18,164 nt of DNA from a virus (Duplodnaviria > Heunggongvirae > Uroviricota > Caudoviricetes), in IMG/VR virus record IMGVR_UViG_3300014886_000120; one strand, written 5' to 3'. The position numbers were made by a program, and so were the translations under genes. Every line of letters starts with the position of its first letter. Position 1 is the first letter of the stretch. A model generated the notes under the pieces. It was not told the origin of the DNA, made no database searches, and saw only the letters and a list, made by a program, of their open reading frames with translations. This document shows, piece after piece, positions 1 to 8,463 of this stretch.

Positions 1-1101
1 CATGTGTCTGGCTAAGTATTCTATAAACTTTCTGTAGTAGCCAAACTCTGCAGACTTATCCCTTAGATTGACAGCTAGCTCCCGGTACCCTTCAAGGTAG
101 TCTCTACTTTCTAGCTTGATATCATCAAGCACTTTCCATAGCTTCTCATTTATTATCAGGCCGTCTAGTTCGTTAGCTAGATCCCTAAAGATATCTCTGG
201 GCTTCTTCCTATGCTCTACCAGAGGAGCACCAAATGCCATATACTTGCCTACCCTGTCCATTACCTTTTTCAGGAACAGAGCTGACCATACATCGTCCAT
301 GCCTCTAATGTCACCATCAGAATATCTTACCATACTGGCATCATGTACTCTCATTGGGAGATAGTAGTAAGCCGGGAGTATTTCAGGTTTAAATGAAATG
401 TTCATAGACGACACTGGTATGAAAGTGTTCCTGGGCACAAGTATCTTCTCATACTTCAGCTCTAAAGTCCTGACTTTGGGTATTCCCTTTAGTCCTCCCT
501 GGTTAAGTATAGTGACTGCATTAAGGTCTGGTATGTTAGTCCATAATCCCTGGTTAAACACTACCTTGTTCATTGCATTTCCTATCTCCATGCCTTCACC
601 TTCAAGCTCTGGGACAGCTGAGTAAGGTAAGCCTCGTTGATACACTCTGCCACAGCTGTTCTCTACCTCCATGAAGTCCAGAGGGTTTATCCATTTAGCC
701 AGCTGAACCTGGACATCATATATTCCATAAGAGAGCAAGTGTTTCCCTACAAAGTCCTCACTGGACAGGGGATACGTATCATCGTCAAACGTCATGATAT
801 AGTCTGAGTTTCTGGCTACAAGGAAGGCAAAGCTGAGCTCAGCATGGTGTCTCTCAGGAATAACGTCCATATACTTTTCCAGTCCATTCTTTATGAACCA
901 GTCCTTCCTCTCTGATGGTCCATAGAACTCTATCTTGTTACATATCCTTCTGTTGTACCTCCTTACAGCTTTGTCTCCTTCATCTACCACTATTATCCTG
1001 ATATTGTCAAGTTCATGGTTGTATTTGACAAGGTTGTCTATATACTTCCTAAGGTTGTCAAGCTTGTTGATTGCAGCTGTAACCAGACTTATCATACCCA
1101 T
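1..1101 (-). CDS. GT75 / reversibly glycosylated polypeptide (RGP, UDP-arabinopyranose mutase-like) protein, 3' end outside window
   Basis: Manual translation from ATG at 1101 (TGATG overlap with the kinase stop, SD GAGGTGA) stays open for 367 codons to position 1. RGP motifs in order: IMTFDDDTY, YQRGLPYS, NQGLWTNIPDLNA, PVSSMNISF, GMDDVWSA, GAPLVEHRK. Confidence 0.85.
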   Translation of the reverse strand, partial: MGMISLVTAAINKLDNLRKYIDNLVKYNHELDNIRIIVVDEGDKAVRRYNRRICNKIEFYGPSERKDWFIKNGLEKYMDVIPERHHAELSFAFLVARNSDYIMTFDDDTYPLSSEDFVGKHLLSYGIYDVQVQLAKWINPLDFMEVENSCGRVYQRGLPYSAVPELEGEGMEIGNAMNKVVFNQGLWTNIPDLNAVTILNQGGLKGIPKVRTLELKYEKILVPRNTFIPVSSMNISFKPEILPAYYYLPMRVHDASMVRYSDGDIRGMDDVWSALFLKKVMDRVGKYMAFGAPLVEHRKKPRDIFRDLANELDGLIINEKLWKVLDDIKLESRDYLEGYRELAVNLRDKSAEFGYYRKFIEYLARHM

Positions 1102-2075
1102 CACCTCTTTTCATAAATGATACTTGTACCGTCAGAATCAAACCTGACTTCCACTTCCTTAAGGTTAGAGAGTACTTCTCTCACTCTGTCTTGATCTTTC
1201 CTTTCTACATACAAGAGTAGGAATCCCCCTCCTCCAGCTCCAGATATCTTGCCTCCTAGAGCTCCAGCCTTCATGGCCTTATGGTAGTACGAGTCTATTA
1301 TGGGGTTACTTATTCCCTTAGCCAGCTGTTTCTTGTATGTCCACCCCTGGTGAAGCATGTTACCTAGCTCACTTATGTCATTGTCCCTCAGCATGTCTCT
1401 TAGTTTGACAGCTTGATCTTTCATCTTGTCCAGTATCTCCATCCTGTTTGGAATGTTCCTAGCTTGATAAGGAAGGATAGTGTCTGAAGGTCTGGTAATA
1501 TTGGTATAGAACAGCATCAAGCTATCCTCGAGTTCGTTCAATGTGTTAGAGGATAGCTTTATAGGCTCAACTATTACACTCTCATCCTTGTTGAACTGTA
1601 TATAGTTCAGACCTCCAAAGCTAGCTGCATACTGGTCTTGCTTGCCACATGATTTCTTTAGTATGTCTATCTCCAGTCTACAAGCTTCCCTAGCCAGGAA
1701 CTCCTTGTTCTGGATGATACCTATGAACTTGTACAGTGCATTCAGAAGTCCTACTGACAAGCTGCCAGAAGAACCTAGTCCTGTACCTTTACCTGGTATG
1801 TCAGCCAGAGTGAGTATCTCAAGGTATTTCGGTACATCCACCATCCTGATAGCTTCCCTAATGAGGCCATGCTTTATCTCTTCTAGCTTGTCTGTTATCT
1901 CTGTCTCTGAATAGCTTATCCTGTAGCTGTCTTCAAACCTCTTCTTAGCTATCACATAAATGTAATACTGGATGGCAGTACTAACTACAGCTCCAAAGCC
2001 TGTCCTGTAGTATCCTGGTAGGTCAGTTCCTCCTCCTACAAAGCTTATCCTGACTGGAGTTCTGGATATTATCAT
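1101..2075 (-). CDS. hddA: GHMP-family sugar kinase, D-glycero-D-manno-heptose-7-phosphate 1-kinase (HddA)-like
   Basis: ISRTPVRISFVGGGTDL, PGKGTGLGSSGS (GHMP ATP loop), GKQDQYAASFGG, KISGAGGGGF. Start moved to ATG 2075 (ATGA overlap with the upstream stop). Confidence 0.85.
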   Translation of the reverse strand: MIISRTPVRISFVGGGTDLPGYYRTGFGAVVSTAIQYYIYVIAKKRFEDSYRISYSETEITDKLEEIKHGLIREAIRMVDVPKYLEILTLADIPGKGTGLGSSGSLSVGLLNALYKFIGIIQNKEFLAREACRLEIDILKKSCGKQDQYAASFGGLNYIQFNKDESVIVEPIKLSSNTLNELEDSLMLFYTNITRPSDTILPYQARNIPNRMEILDKMKDQAVKLRDMLRDNDISELGNMLHQGWTYKKQLAKGISNPIIDSYYHKAMKAGALGGKISGAGGGGFLLLYVERKDQDRVREVLSNLKEVEVRFDSDGTSIIYEKR

Positions 2076-2260
2076 CCTTGTCTCTCCCCTTTGCCAAACC
2101 ATCTCTCCCAGTCCTCATCTGTTACCTCTGGGAATAGATGCTGCCATTCCTCCTTGGTTATATCCCTTGAGACCCTTCCACATGTATAGCACAGTACTTT
2201 ACCGTCAAACAAAGAGTAGGACTTCCTAGTGCACCCACATTCGGGACACTTTATTGTCAA
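2072..2260 (-). CDS. Small Zn-ribbon protein (62 aa)
   Basis: CPECG...CYTCG; TTG start in a TTGA overlap preceded by GGAGGT; its stop overlaps the next start (ATGA). Confidence 0.75.
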   Translation of the reverse strand: MTIKCPECGCTRKSYSLFDGKVLCYTCGRVSRDITKEEWQHLFPEVTDEDWERWFGKGERQG

Positions 2261-2970
2261 GCCCTTGACCTCCTAGCTCTGAACCAGGGAACTACCCTTA
2301 CTTCAGGGAATGGCCATAGTCTGTCAACTGGACTGTGGAAGAACAGTCCGTACTCACCAAATAGCTCTCCATGATCAGAGGTTATCACTATGTCCTTGTC
2401 TGGACAAGCTTCCACTATTTTCTGGCAGTACTTCAGGGCTACAAGCAGGTTTGATATGTATGCCTTCTTGAGCTCCTCAACTGTTATTTGACCCTCAAAG
2501 AAGCCTTTCCCTATGTTCCAGTCGAAGGGCACCCTAGCTCTTCTGGGATGCATCTGTATCCCTTTAATGCTTGGGTTACCTATGTAGGGAGCATGTGGCT
2601 GTAGGAAGTGAGCTAGTATCCTCATCCCCGGATATTTCTCTACTGCCTTTATGGTCTCCTCTGCCATGACAGCTGGATCAGTAGTGGTAAGCTCTTCGTT
2701 CCACCCATAGTCCCACACATCAAGTATCACTGGGAAAATCTTGGCCCACTGGTTGTCACTGCGTAGTGAAGGGTGGCCAGACAGGTACACTATGTCTTTC
2801 TGGGGATAGTAGAAGTTCATCCTCCACCATATCTCTGTCACTGACCCTTTACTCCACCTCTTGTCCAGTCTGCCAGGTATCCTGTTTACATGCCTGAACA
2901 CATCATACCTGCATGCATCCAGTAGGAGTAGGATGTCCCACTTTGATGAGGGTATGTCCTGTACATGCAT
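2257..2970 (-). CDS. Alkaline-phosphatase/sulfatase superfamily protein
   Basis: LLLLDACRYD, HFLQPHAPY and ITSDHGE...GLFFH metal-binding motifs. No CxPxR formylglycine motif; SKGSVT is the candidate Ser/Thr nucleophile segment. Confidence 0.75.
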   Translation of the reverse strand: MHVQDIPSSKWDILLLLDACRYDVFRHVNRIPGRLDKRWSKGSVTEIWWRMNFYYPQKDIVYLSGHPSLRSDNQWAKIFPVILDVWDYGWNEELTTTDPAVMAEETIKAVEKYPGMRILAHFLQPHAPYIGNPSIKGIQMHPRRARVPFDWNIGKGFFEGQITVEELKKAYISNLLVALKYCQKIVEACPDKDIVITSDHGELFGEYGLFFHSPVDRLWPFPEVRVVPWFRARRSRA

Positions 2971-2973
2971 GAC

Positions 2974-3870
2974 TTATTCATCCCTCCAGTACTTCTCTTT
3001 AACCTTCCTTAGTCCTTCTTCCAGAGTAGAGAATCTGTACCCAAACGTTTCCTGGAACCAATTGTTGCTTAGCCACAAGTGTCTCGGTCTTACTCCGTCA
3101 AACATAAAGTCATCCAGACTGGCCTTTTCTATGAGGTCTTTGTTGAATCCAAAGACTTCAGCTATCATGCTGGCATATTCATACCTGCTTACACATGAGC
3201 TACCTACAGTATGGAAGGTTCCCTGTATATCACTCTCAGCCAATATAAGAATAGCTTGAGCTAGGTCATCCACAAAAGTGGGACAGCTGAACTGGTCTAT
3301 GAACGGTTTCACTGTCTTACCCTTCTTCAAGCTGTCTAGTACCCATCCAAGGAACCTGCTTTTTTCTGGGTTGCCATATATCAGTGAGGGTCTCACTATA
3401 TTGTATCTTATACCCAGACTTCTTACTATGTGTTCACCTTCCACCTTGGTTCTGGCATAGACATTCAGGGGGTTAACCAAGTCTTCTTCAGTATAAGGCT
3501 CTAGCTTGGTTCCATCAAACACATAGTCTGTAGAGGTGTAGATTAGCTTAGCCCCTATTCTCTTACATTCATATCCAACATACAGCATGCTTACTGCCTG
3601 TACAACACTGGCCTCTACTGGGTGCCTCTCACAATAGTCTACCCCAGGCACATTGATCACATTGACTACAACGTCTGGGCATGTTTCCCTTATCAGCTTG
3701 ACTGTACCAAGGACATCAGCAATGTCAAGCTTAGTATATCCCTCGGATATAGAACTGTTTACTACTGGTCTGCTTCTGTATGTTCCAATAACCTCATGTC
3801 CTTTCTCTATGGCCAGCTCAGCTAGTCTGCTGCCTGTAAGTCCACTGGCTCCAAGTATGAGTATCCTCAT
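2974..3870 (-). CDS. rmlD: dTDP-4-dehydrorhamnose reductase-like (NDP-4-keto-sugar reductase)
   Basis: GASGLTG Rossmann motif, YTSTDYVFDG, PLNVYARTK, FSCPTFVDDLA, G.FH, RP...LSN. Confidence 0.88.
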   Translation of the reverse strand: MRILILGASGLTGSRLAELAIEKGHEVIGTYRSRPVVNSSISEGYTKLDIADVLGTVKLIRETCPDVVVNVINVPGVDYCERHPVEASVVQAVSMLYVGYECKRIGAKLIYTSTDYVFDGTKLEPYTEEDLVNPLNVYARTKVEGEHIVRSLGIRYNIVRPSLIYGNPEKSRFLGWVLDSLKKGKTVKPFIDQFSCPTFVDDLAQAILILAESDIQGTFHTVGSSCVSRYEYASMIAEVFGFNKDLIEKASLDDFMFDGVRPRHLWLSNNWFQETFGYRFSTLEEGLRKVKEKYWRDE

Positions 3871-4397
3871 TTCTCTTTCCTCTTCTTGAGCTCTTCTACT
3901 ATCTTTCTATACGGCTTGTAGAAGCTCACAGTCTTTGGATGCTCAAAGAACTCTATGAACCAGCTGTCTGTCAAAGATACCAGCCAGTGGGGTATCCCTG
4001 GCTCAAACACTACAAAGTCTCCCTCGTTAAGGTAGTGTACCTTCTCTCCAGGTATGGTTACTTTGCCTCCAGAATAGTCTATTGTAACCTCAGGGCTATA
4101 CCTCTCTATGATGGCTAGCCTGCCCTGGAGGACCAGAGTGTATTGTCTGTGGCTATGGTAGTCTCCTCCCCTTACAGCTCCAGCCTTGGTGTACATTATC
4201 ATTAGCTCCCTTAACGGTTCATCATTGAACCTGAAGCTATACACCTTACCTCTACTGTCCTCCTGTTCAAACACACATCTGGTAAAGTCTCTGGGTAGGC
4301 TGCTCCATATTCTGGCTAGCTCCTCAACAGCTAGCTCCTCCCTTGGTATCAGTAGGGTATCCTTCAATTTCTTAACCATCTCTCTAAAGTTTACCAT
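3867..4397 (-). CDS. RmlC-like cupin (NDP-sugar epimerase/ketoisomerase-like)
   Basis: EDSRG, TKAGAVRGGDYH and PGIPHWL cupin motifs; lies between SDR and RmlD-like genes. Confidence 0.7.
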   Translation of the reverse strand: MVNFREMVKKLKDTLLIPREELAVEELARIWSSLPRDFTRCVFEQEDSRGKVYSFRFNDEPLRELMIMYTKAGAVRGGDYHSHRQYTLVLQGRLAIIERYSPEVTIDYSGGKVTIPGEKVHYLNEGDFVVFEPGIPHWLVSLTDSWFIEFFEHPKTVSFYKPYRKIVEELKKRKEK

Positions 4398-4400
4398 ATC

Positions 4401-5345
4401 CTATTCCTCCTTTACTTCTTTTATTCCATATGATGGACCGTCAATTATGGACTTTCCAGTCCTGTACTCGTAACACCTCTTTATGCCCTCATCCACATCC
4501 ACAAAGCTTTCAGGATCTAGACCAAGCATGTTCTTAGCTTTGGTCATATCTGAGATATATGAGAAGCACCAAGCTTGTTCTTCAACATACTTTACTCTGA
4601 ACTCCTTGATAGCTTGAGCCTTCTTTATCACCTCATTTATGGAGTATGGTCTTTCTGTACCTATAAGGAATATCTCATAGCTCCTATCCATCCCCTCAAA
4701 ATAATGGATACATTCATCAACTACTCTGCATATGTCGTCTACGTAAAGGAACTCCCTCACATGGTTGCCCTGGCAATACACCTTGAAGGTTAGGTTATTG
4801 TTCACCATACAGTCCACTATCTGCTGGATAATGTTCTTCTCTTCCTGGTCTGGACCATAGATTATGGTTGGTCTAATGACTATTCCCTGGACACCATATA
4901 GCTCGGAATATAGCTTGACTAGAGCTTCCCCAGTGGCCTTGCTGAGTCCATACGGATTGTCTGGATTTATTGGATCAAGCTCATTGAGTGGTAGGGCTAC
5001 TCTGGGTCCAACTACGTTCCATGCACTAAAGAACACCATCTTCCTCACTCCATGGCTTCTCATAGCTTCAAGGATGTTCAGGGTTCCAGTTATATTGGTG
5101 AATAAATACTGCCATGGAAGCTTATAGCTAGGCCTGTTCCCAGCTCTGGCAGCCAAATGGATTACAAGGTCGTCCTGTCCAAGATTGTTGCTGGTAAAGA
5201 AGGCTTCCACATCCTTCATGTTGGTGACATCAAGCTTCAGTCCTTCACCCTTAATGTCTGTAGAGAGAACATCATAGTGTCTCTGGAGATAGCTAACTAT
5301 GTGTCTCCCCACAAACCCTCTTCCTCCAGTAACTAGCACTCTCAT
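4401..5345 (-). CDS. NAD-dependent NDP-sugar epimerase/dehydratase (extended SDR)
   Basis: VTGGRGFVG, HLAARAG, TNITGTLNILE, YGLSK, RPTIIYGP, REFLYVDD. Confidence 0.9.
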   Translation of the reverse strand: MRVLVTGGRGFVGRHIVSYLQRHYDVLSTDIKGEGLKLDVTNMKDVEAFFTSNNLGQDDLVIHLAARAGNRPSYKLPWQYLFTNITGTLNILEAMRSHGVRKMVFFSAWNVVGPRVALPLNELDPINPDNPYGLSKATGEALVKLYSELYGVQGIVIRPTIIYGPDQEEKNIIQQIVDCMVNNNLTFKVYCQGNHVREFLYVDDICRVVDECIHYFEGMDRSYEIFLIGTERPYSINEVIKKAQAIKEFRVKYVEEQAWCFSYISDMTKAKNMLGLDPESFVDVDEGIKRCYEYRTGKSIIDGPSYGIKEVKEE

Positions 5346-6316
5346 AAATGTCCCCTCCCACTGTTTATTTCAAGGAGTATCCTCTCAAACTCATTTATGG
5401 TATTCTCGTATGTACGTTCACTGGCCTTCCTGAGTGCAGCTCTCCTTAGCTGCTCATAGTCTGGTGAACTGATAACCTCAAGCATCTTTTCAGCTAGAAT
5501 ATCTACGTCTCTTTCAATAATGTATCCATCTACTCCATTCTCTATGAAGTCATCCGTACCTTTGGATGTAGATATGACTGGAGTACCACATGCCATGGCC
5601 TCTATCACTGGGAGTGGGGAACTCTCAAGGCTGCTTGAACATACATAGATCATTCCTGAAGAGTAGAGCTCGGCTAGCTCGTCATCTGTGAGTCTAGGAT
5701 GGTAAATCACCCTCTTCTCCTTGTATGGAAGGTTACCAAATGTGTGTAGCTCAAGATCAGGCCTCTCTTCCAGAGCTTTGTGGAATGCCGGTATCAGCAT
5801 GTCCAGGAAGCCTTTGAAGTCCTGGTATGCACTCAGCCCTATTATCCTGTTCCTGTGTTTCTGGACCTTCCTTGGATAGAATATTTTGGGGTCTACTCCT
5901 GGAATAATCACATACGGGTTTCTCTTCTTATGCTTGCTCCTAATCTCATTAGCTAGCCATGTAGAGGTACATATCAGGTACAGGGGAAAATCATATGTCC
6001 TTTTGGCTCTCATGTCACCAAATATGGTCTCGTAATGCTGGCATAGATATACCTTGTACTTGGATTTGCACCTCATTGCAGTATAAGCTGTGGGCCACCA
6101 TGTAGCTATGGGTATCTCATTCCTCTCTACACTCTTCACTTGTTCAGGTATAGTCTTCATCTCTTGTATCTCCACTGGAGTGTCCAGCCATTTTATGTAA
6201 CGGTTGGTTATTATCCTCACTTCATGTCCCTTCTTGTACAATCCAGTAGCTAGGGTGATGATGGTCCTGTTGCCTCCGGTAGGACCTGTTTGATCAGTAA
6301 GGAACACTACCCTCAT
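5342..6316 (-). CDS. Glycosyltransferase family 4 (GT-B)
   Basis: TGGNRTI at the N-terminus, DFKG, ESSPLPVIEAMACGTPVIS. Confidence 0.9.
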   Translation of the reverse strand: MRVVFLTDQTGPTGGNRTIITLATGLYKKGHEVRIITNRYIKWLDTPVEIQEMKTIPEQVKSVERNEIPIATWWPTAYTAMRCKSKYKVYLCQHYETIFGDMRAKRTYDFPLYLICTSTWLANEIRSKHKKRNPYVIIPGVDPKIFYPRKVQKHRNRIIGLSAYQDFKGFLDMLIPAFHKALEERPDLELHTFGNLPYKEKRVIYHPRLTDDELAELYSSGMIYVCSSSLESSPLPVIEAMACGTPVISTSKGTDDFIENGVDGYIIERDVDILAEKMLEVISSPDYEQLRRAALRKASERTYENTINEFERILLEINSGRGHL

Positions 6317-7155
6317 ATCATTCCCCTCACTGTAGCAGCTAGCACCATCTTGTCATTCCACCCAAACAGCTCAGGCTTCTCCTTGACCTTCTCCTTAAGC
6401 CAGTCTATCCATTTAGACCTGAATATCCTAAGGTTTCTAATCTGGGCTTGGTTCCACATCCTCTGATCCTGGGCAAAGTGTGTAGCAGTCTCATAGTGGT
6501 AGAGAGCTACCTTGCCATCATAGTAAATTCTGTATCCGTTGTCTAGCAGCTCCATGCACTTGTCAGTGTCCCCAAATGATCCGACCTTGTATACTGAGTC
6601 CATCTTACCAAAGAGCTCTCTCTTAGCTACTACTAAGGCAAATGTTATACACCCTATCTCTTCAAGTGTACTGTACTTCTCTCTTGGTTCAAACCTTCCC
6701 CTATGATAGAATGGCCATGTGAATCCATCAAATGCATTTGGAGCTAGATAGCTACCAGCTGACTGGATTGTGTCGTTTGGGTACAGTAGCTTAGGCCCTA
6801 CCAGGGCTGCCTTACTGTCTCTCTCAAGCACCCTTACAAGCTTTGTTAGCCATCTTATCTTGGGAACTATAATATCATTGTTCAACAGACACACATAGTC
6901 TTCCTTACAATACTCTAAAGCTGTGTTGACTCCTTCAGTAAAGCCACTGTCAGGCATCTTGTTCCTATGGACTATGACATTCTTGTACCTTGAGGTTAGC
7001 TCTTTTATGAACTGTTCAGTTCCCTCTTCTGTAGAGGCATTATCATAGAATATTAGATTGAACGGATACTTGGTGTTCCTGTATAGTGTCTGGACACATG
7101 GTCTGGTGAACTTGAGGTTGTTCCAGTTTATGAGGATAATATCTACCTTCTTCAT
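6313..7155 (-). CDS. Glycosyltransferase family 2 (GT-A)
   Basis: IILINWNN, FYDNAS, GFTEGVN, LLNNDI, GFGDTD-like acceptor motif (SFGDTDKC), LYHYE. Confidence 0.9.
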   Translation of the reverse strand: MKKVDIILINWNNLKFTRPCVQTLYRNTKYPFNLIFYDNASTEEGTEQFIKELTSRYKNVIVHRNKMPDSGFTEGVNTALEYCKEDYVCLLNNDIIVPKIRWLTKLVRVLERDSKAALVGPKLLYPNDTIQSAGSYLAPNAFDGFTWPFYHRGRFEPREKYSTLEEIGCITFALVVAKRELFGKMDSVYKVGSFGDTDKCMELLDNGYRIYYDGKVALYHYETATHFAQDQRMWNQAQIRNLRIFRSKWIDWLKEKVKEKPELFGWNDKMVLAATVRGMI

Positions 7156-8411
7156 CTCAAGGCCTCCCTTATCTTAGCCTCCCATAGCTTGTCCTTCTCT
7201 TCAGAGATTCCAGCTATCTGTCTGCCTGGCAGATTAGACTGCTCCTCAATTATCTTGTCCAGTAGGGGTACCCACTTGTCCCTCACTAGATCATCCCAGT
7301 TGAACTGGATAGCAAACTGTCTTGATAGCCTGGCATATTTCTTCCTTTCCTTGTCTTTGAAGTAAGCCCTCTCCATACACTTGTATATTGACTCTGGATC
7401 TATGACAGCTGTCACTGCATTGATTGGAGTGTCAATGAACGTCTTAACATCAGCTAGCCACCCATGCCCATATATCAGTTCAGGCATAGAGCTGAACATA
7501 GCTCCTATCACAGGAACTCCACAAGCTTGAGCTTCAATTATTGGCAGTCCAAACCCTTCCCTACGACTAGCTGAGCACAGCACATCAAAGCAGTTATAAA
7601 GTAGACACATTTCACTGTCCTTTATGCCTGTCTGGAAAAGCAATGGATCCTGGGTTATAACTACATCCTGTAGTCCAAACTTCTTTATGAACAGTTCCAA
7701 CTGTAATCCCCTACCGTCAGATGGGTTAGAGAACAAGAAATACTTCACATACTCCCTCTTAACATCTGGGTTGTTGTCAAAGAACATCTGCAAAGCTCTG
7801 AACTCCTCCACAAAGCTCTTCCTGCTCTCCTTGTCTGAGTTGGCAGCTACCTTACCGAATATGAATATGTCTTCTGGCAATCCCATAGCTTTCCTAGCTT
7901 GTTCCTTAGGTATTGGATAGTATGTAGTTACGTCTACTCCATGTGGGATATACTCAAATTCTATACCATATTTAGCCCATTCCTTCTGCTGGAACTTTGA
8001 TGGACTCACAAGATAGTCATAGTTCCTCATCATTTCCTGTATCTCTTCTGGGTAGTCCACATGATCTAACGGTCCATAGGAAGCTGAACATGGAAGGTCT
8101 CTGGAGAACCATTGGAATGCCCATGGATCAGTGTGTAACCATGCACACTTTATTTTCAAAGCTTTGTAGTAATACTTACAGCTTGTCTCTCCAAACGTAC
8201 CAAACTTAGAGGGCAATACTGGAATGTCGTTTATGAGTAGTACTCCTCCAGGCTCTACACCATAATAGGCTGATACTGTAAAGTTGTACCCGAACTGTTT
8301 AAACCTGGTTAGCAAGTTTCTGGTAACATTTCCATATCCAGATCTGATGTGTGGAGCTACACTGTGCCAGAGAAATCTAAACTGCTCTCTCTCCTTCATG
8401 CTAACCAACAA
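7152..8411 (-). CDS. Glycosyltransferase family 4 (GT-B)
   Basis: SVAPHIRSGYG, IPHGVD, RKSF, SRREGFGLPIIEAQACGVPVI. Start is TTG 8411 (after AGGTGA) or ATG 8399. Confidence 0.9.
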   Translation of the reverse strand: MLVSMKEREQFRFLWHSVAPHIRSGYGNVTRNLLTRFKQFGYNFTVSAYYGVEPGGVLLINDIPVLPSKFGTFGETSCKYYYKALKIKCAWLHTDPWAFQWFSRDLPCSASYGPLDHVDYPEEIQEMMRNYDYLVSPSKFQQKEWAKYGIEFEYIPHGVDVTTYYPIPKEQARKAMGLPEDIFIFGKVAANSDKESRKSFVEEFRALQMFFDNNPDVKREYVKYFLFSNPSDGRGLQLELFIKKFGLQDVVITQDPLLFQTGIKDSEMCLLYNCFDVLCSASRREGFGLPIIEAQACGVPVIGAMFSSMPELIYGHGWLADVKTFIDTPINAVTAVIDPESIYKCMERAYFKDKERKKYARLSRQFAIQFNWDDLVRDKWVPLLDKIIEEQSNLPGRQIAGISEEKDKLWEAKIREALR

Positions 8412-8445
8412 TCTTCACCTTCTTTAGCTCTGTAATTAATTGTCA

Positions 8446-8454
8446 TATATTTAA
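8446..8454 (-). promoter_or_regulatory. Archaeal TATA-like box (TTAAATATA) upstream of the glycosylation operon
   Basis: In the AT-rich 52-nt gap about 35 nt upstream of the GT4 start; the identical 9-mer occurs at 16586-16594. Confidence 0.55.
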
Positions 8455-8463
8455 GGGTTAGAA

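Noticed and set aside
2076-2102. Longer start (MVWQRGETR) for the GHMP kinase
   Set aside because: It overlaps the Zn-ribbon gene; ATG 2075 gives the family N-terminus and an ATGA overlap.
2257-2970. Calling this gene a classical arylsulfatase
   Set aside because: No C/S-x-P-x-R formylglycine signature and no maturase is visible.
1-8411. Firm assignment of the GT cluster to DNA hypermodification
   Set aside because: No base hydroxymethylase, TET/JBP or thymidylate-synthase homolog is in the window; kept only as an alternative hypothesis.
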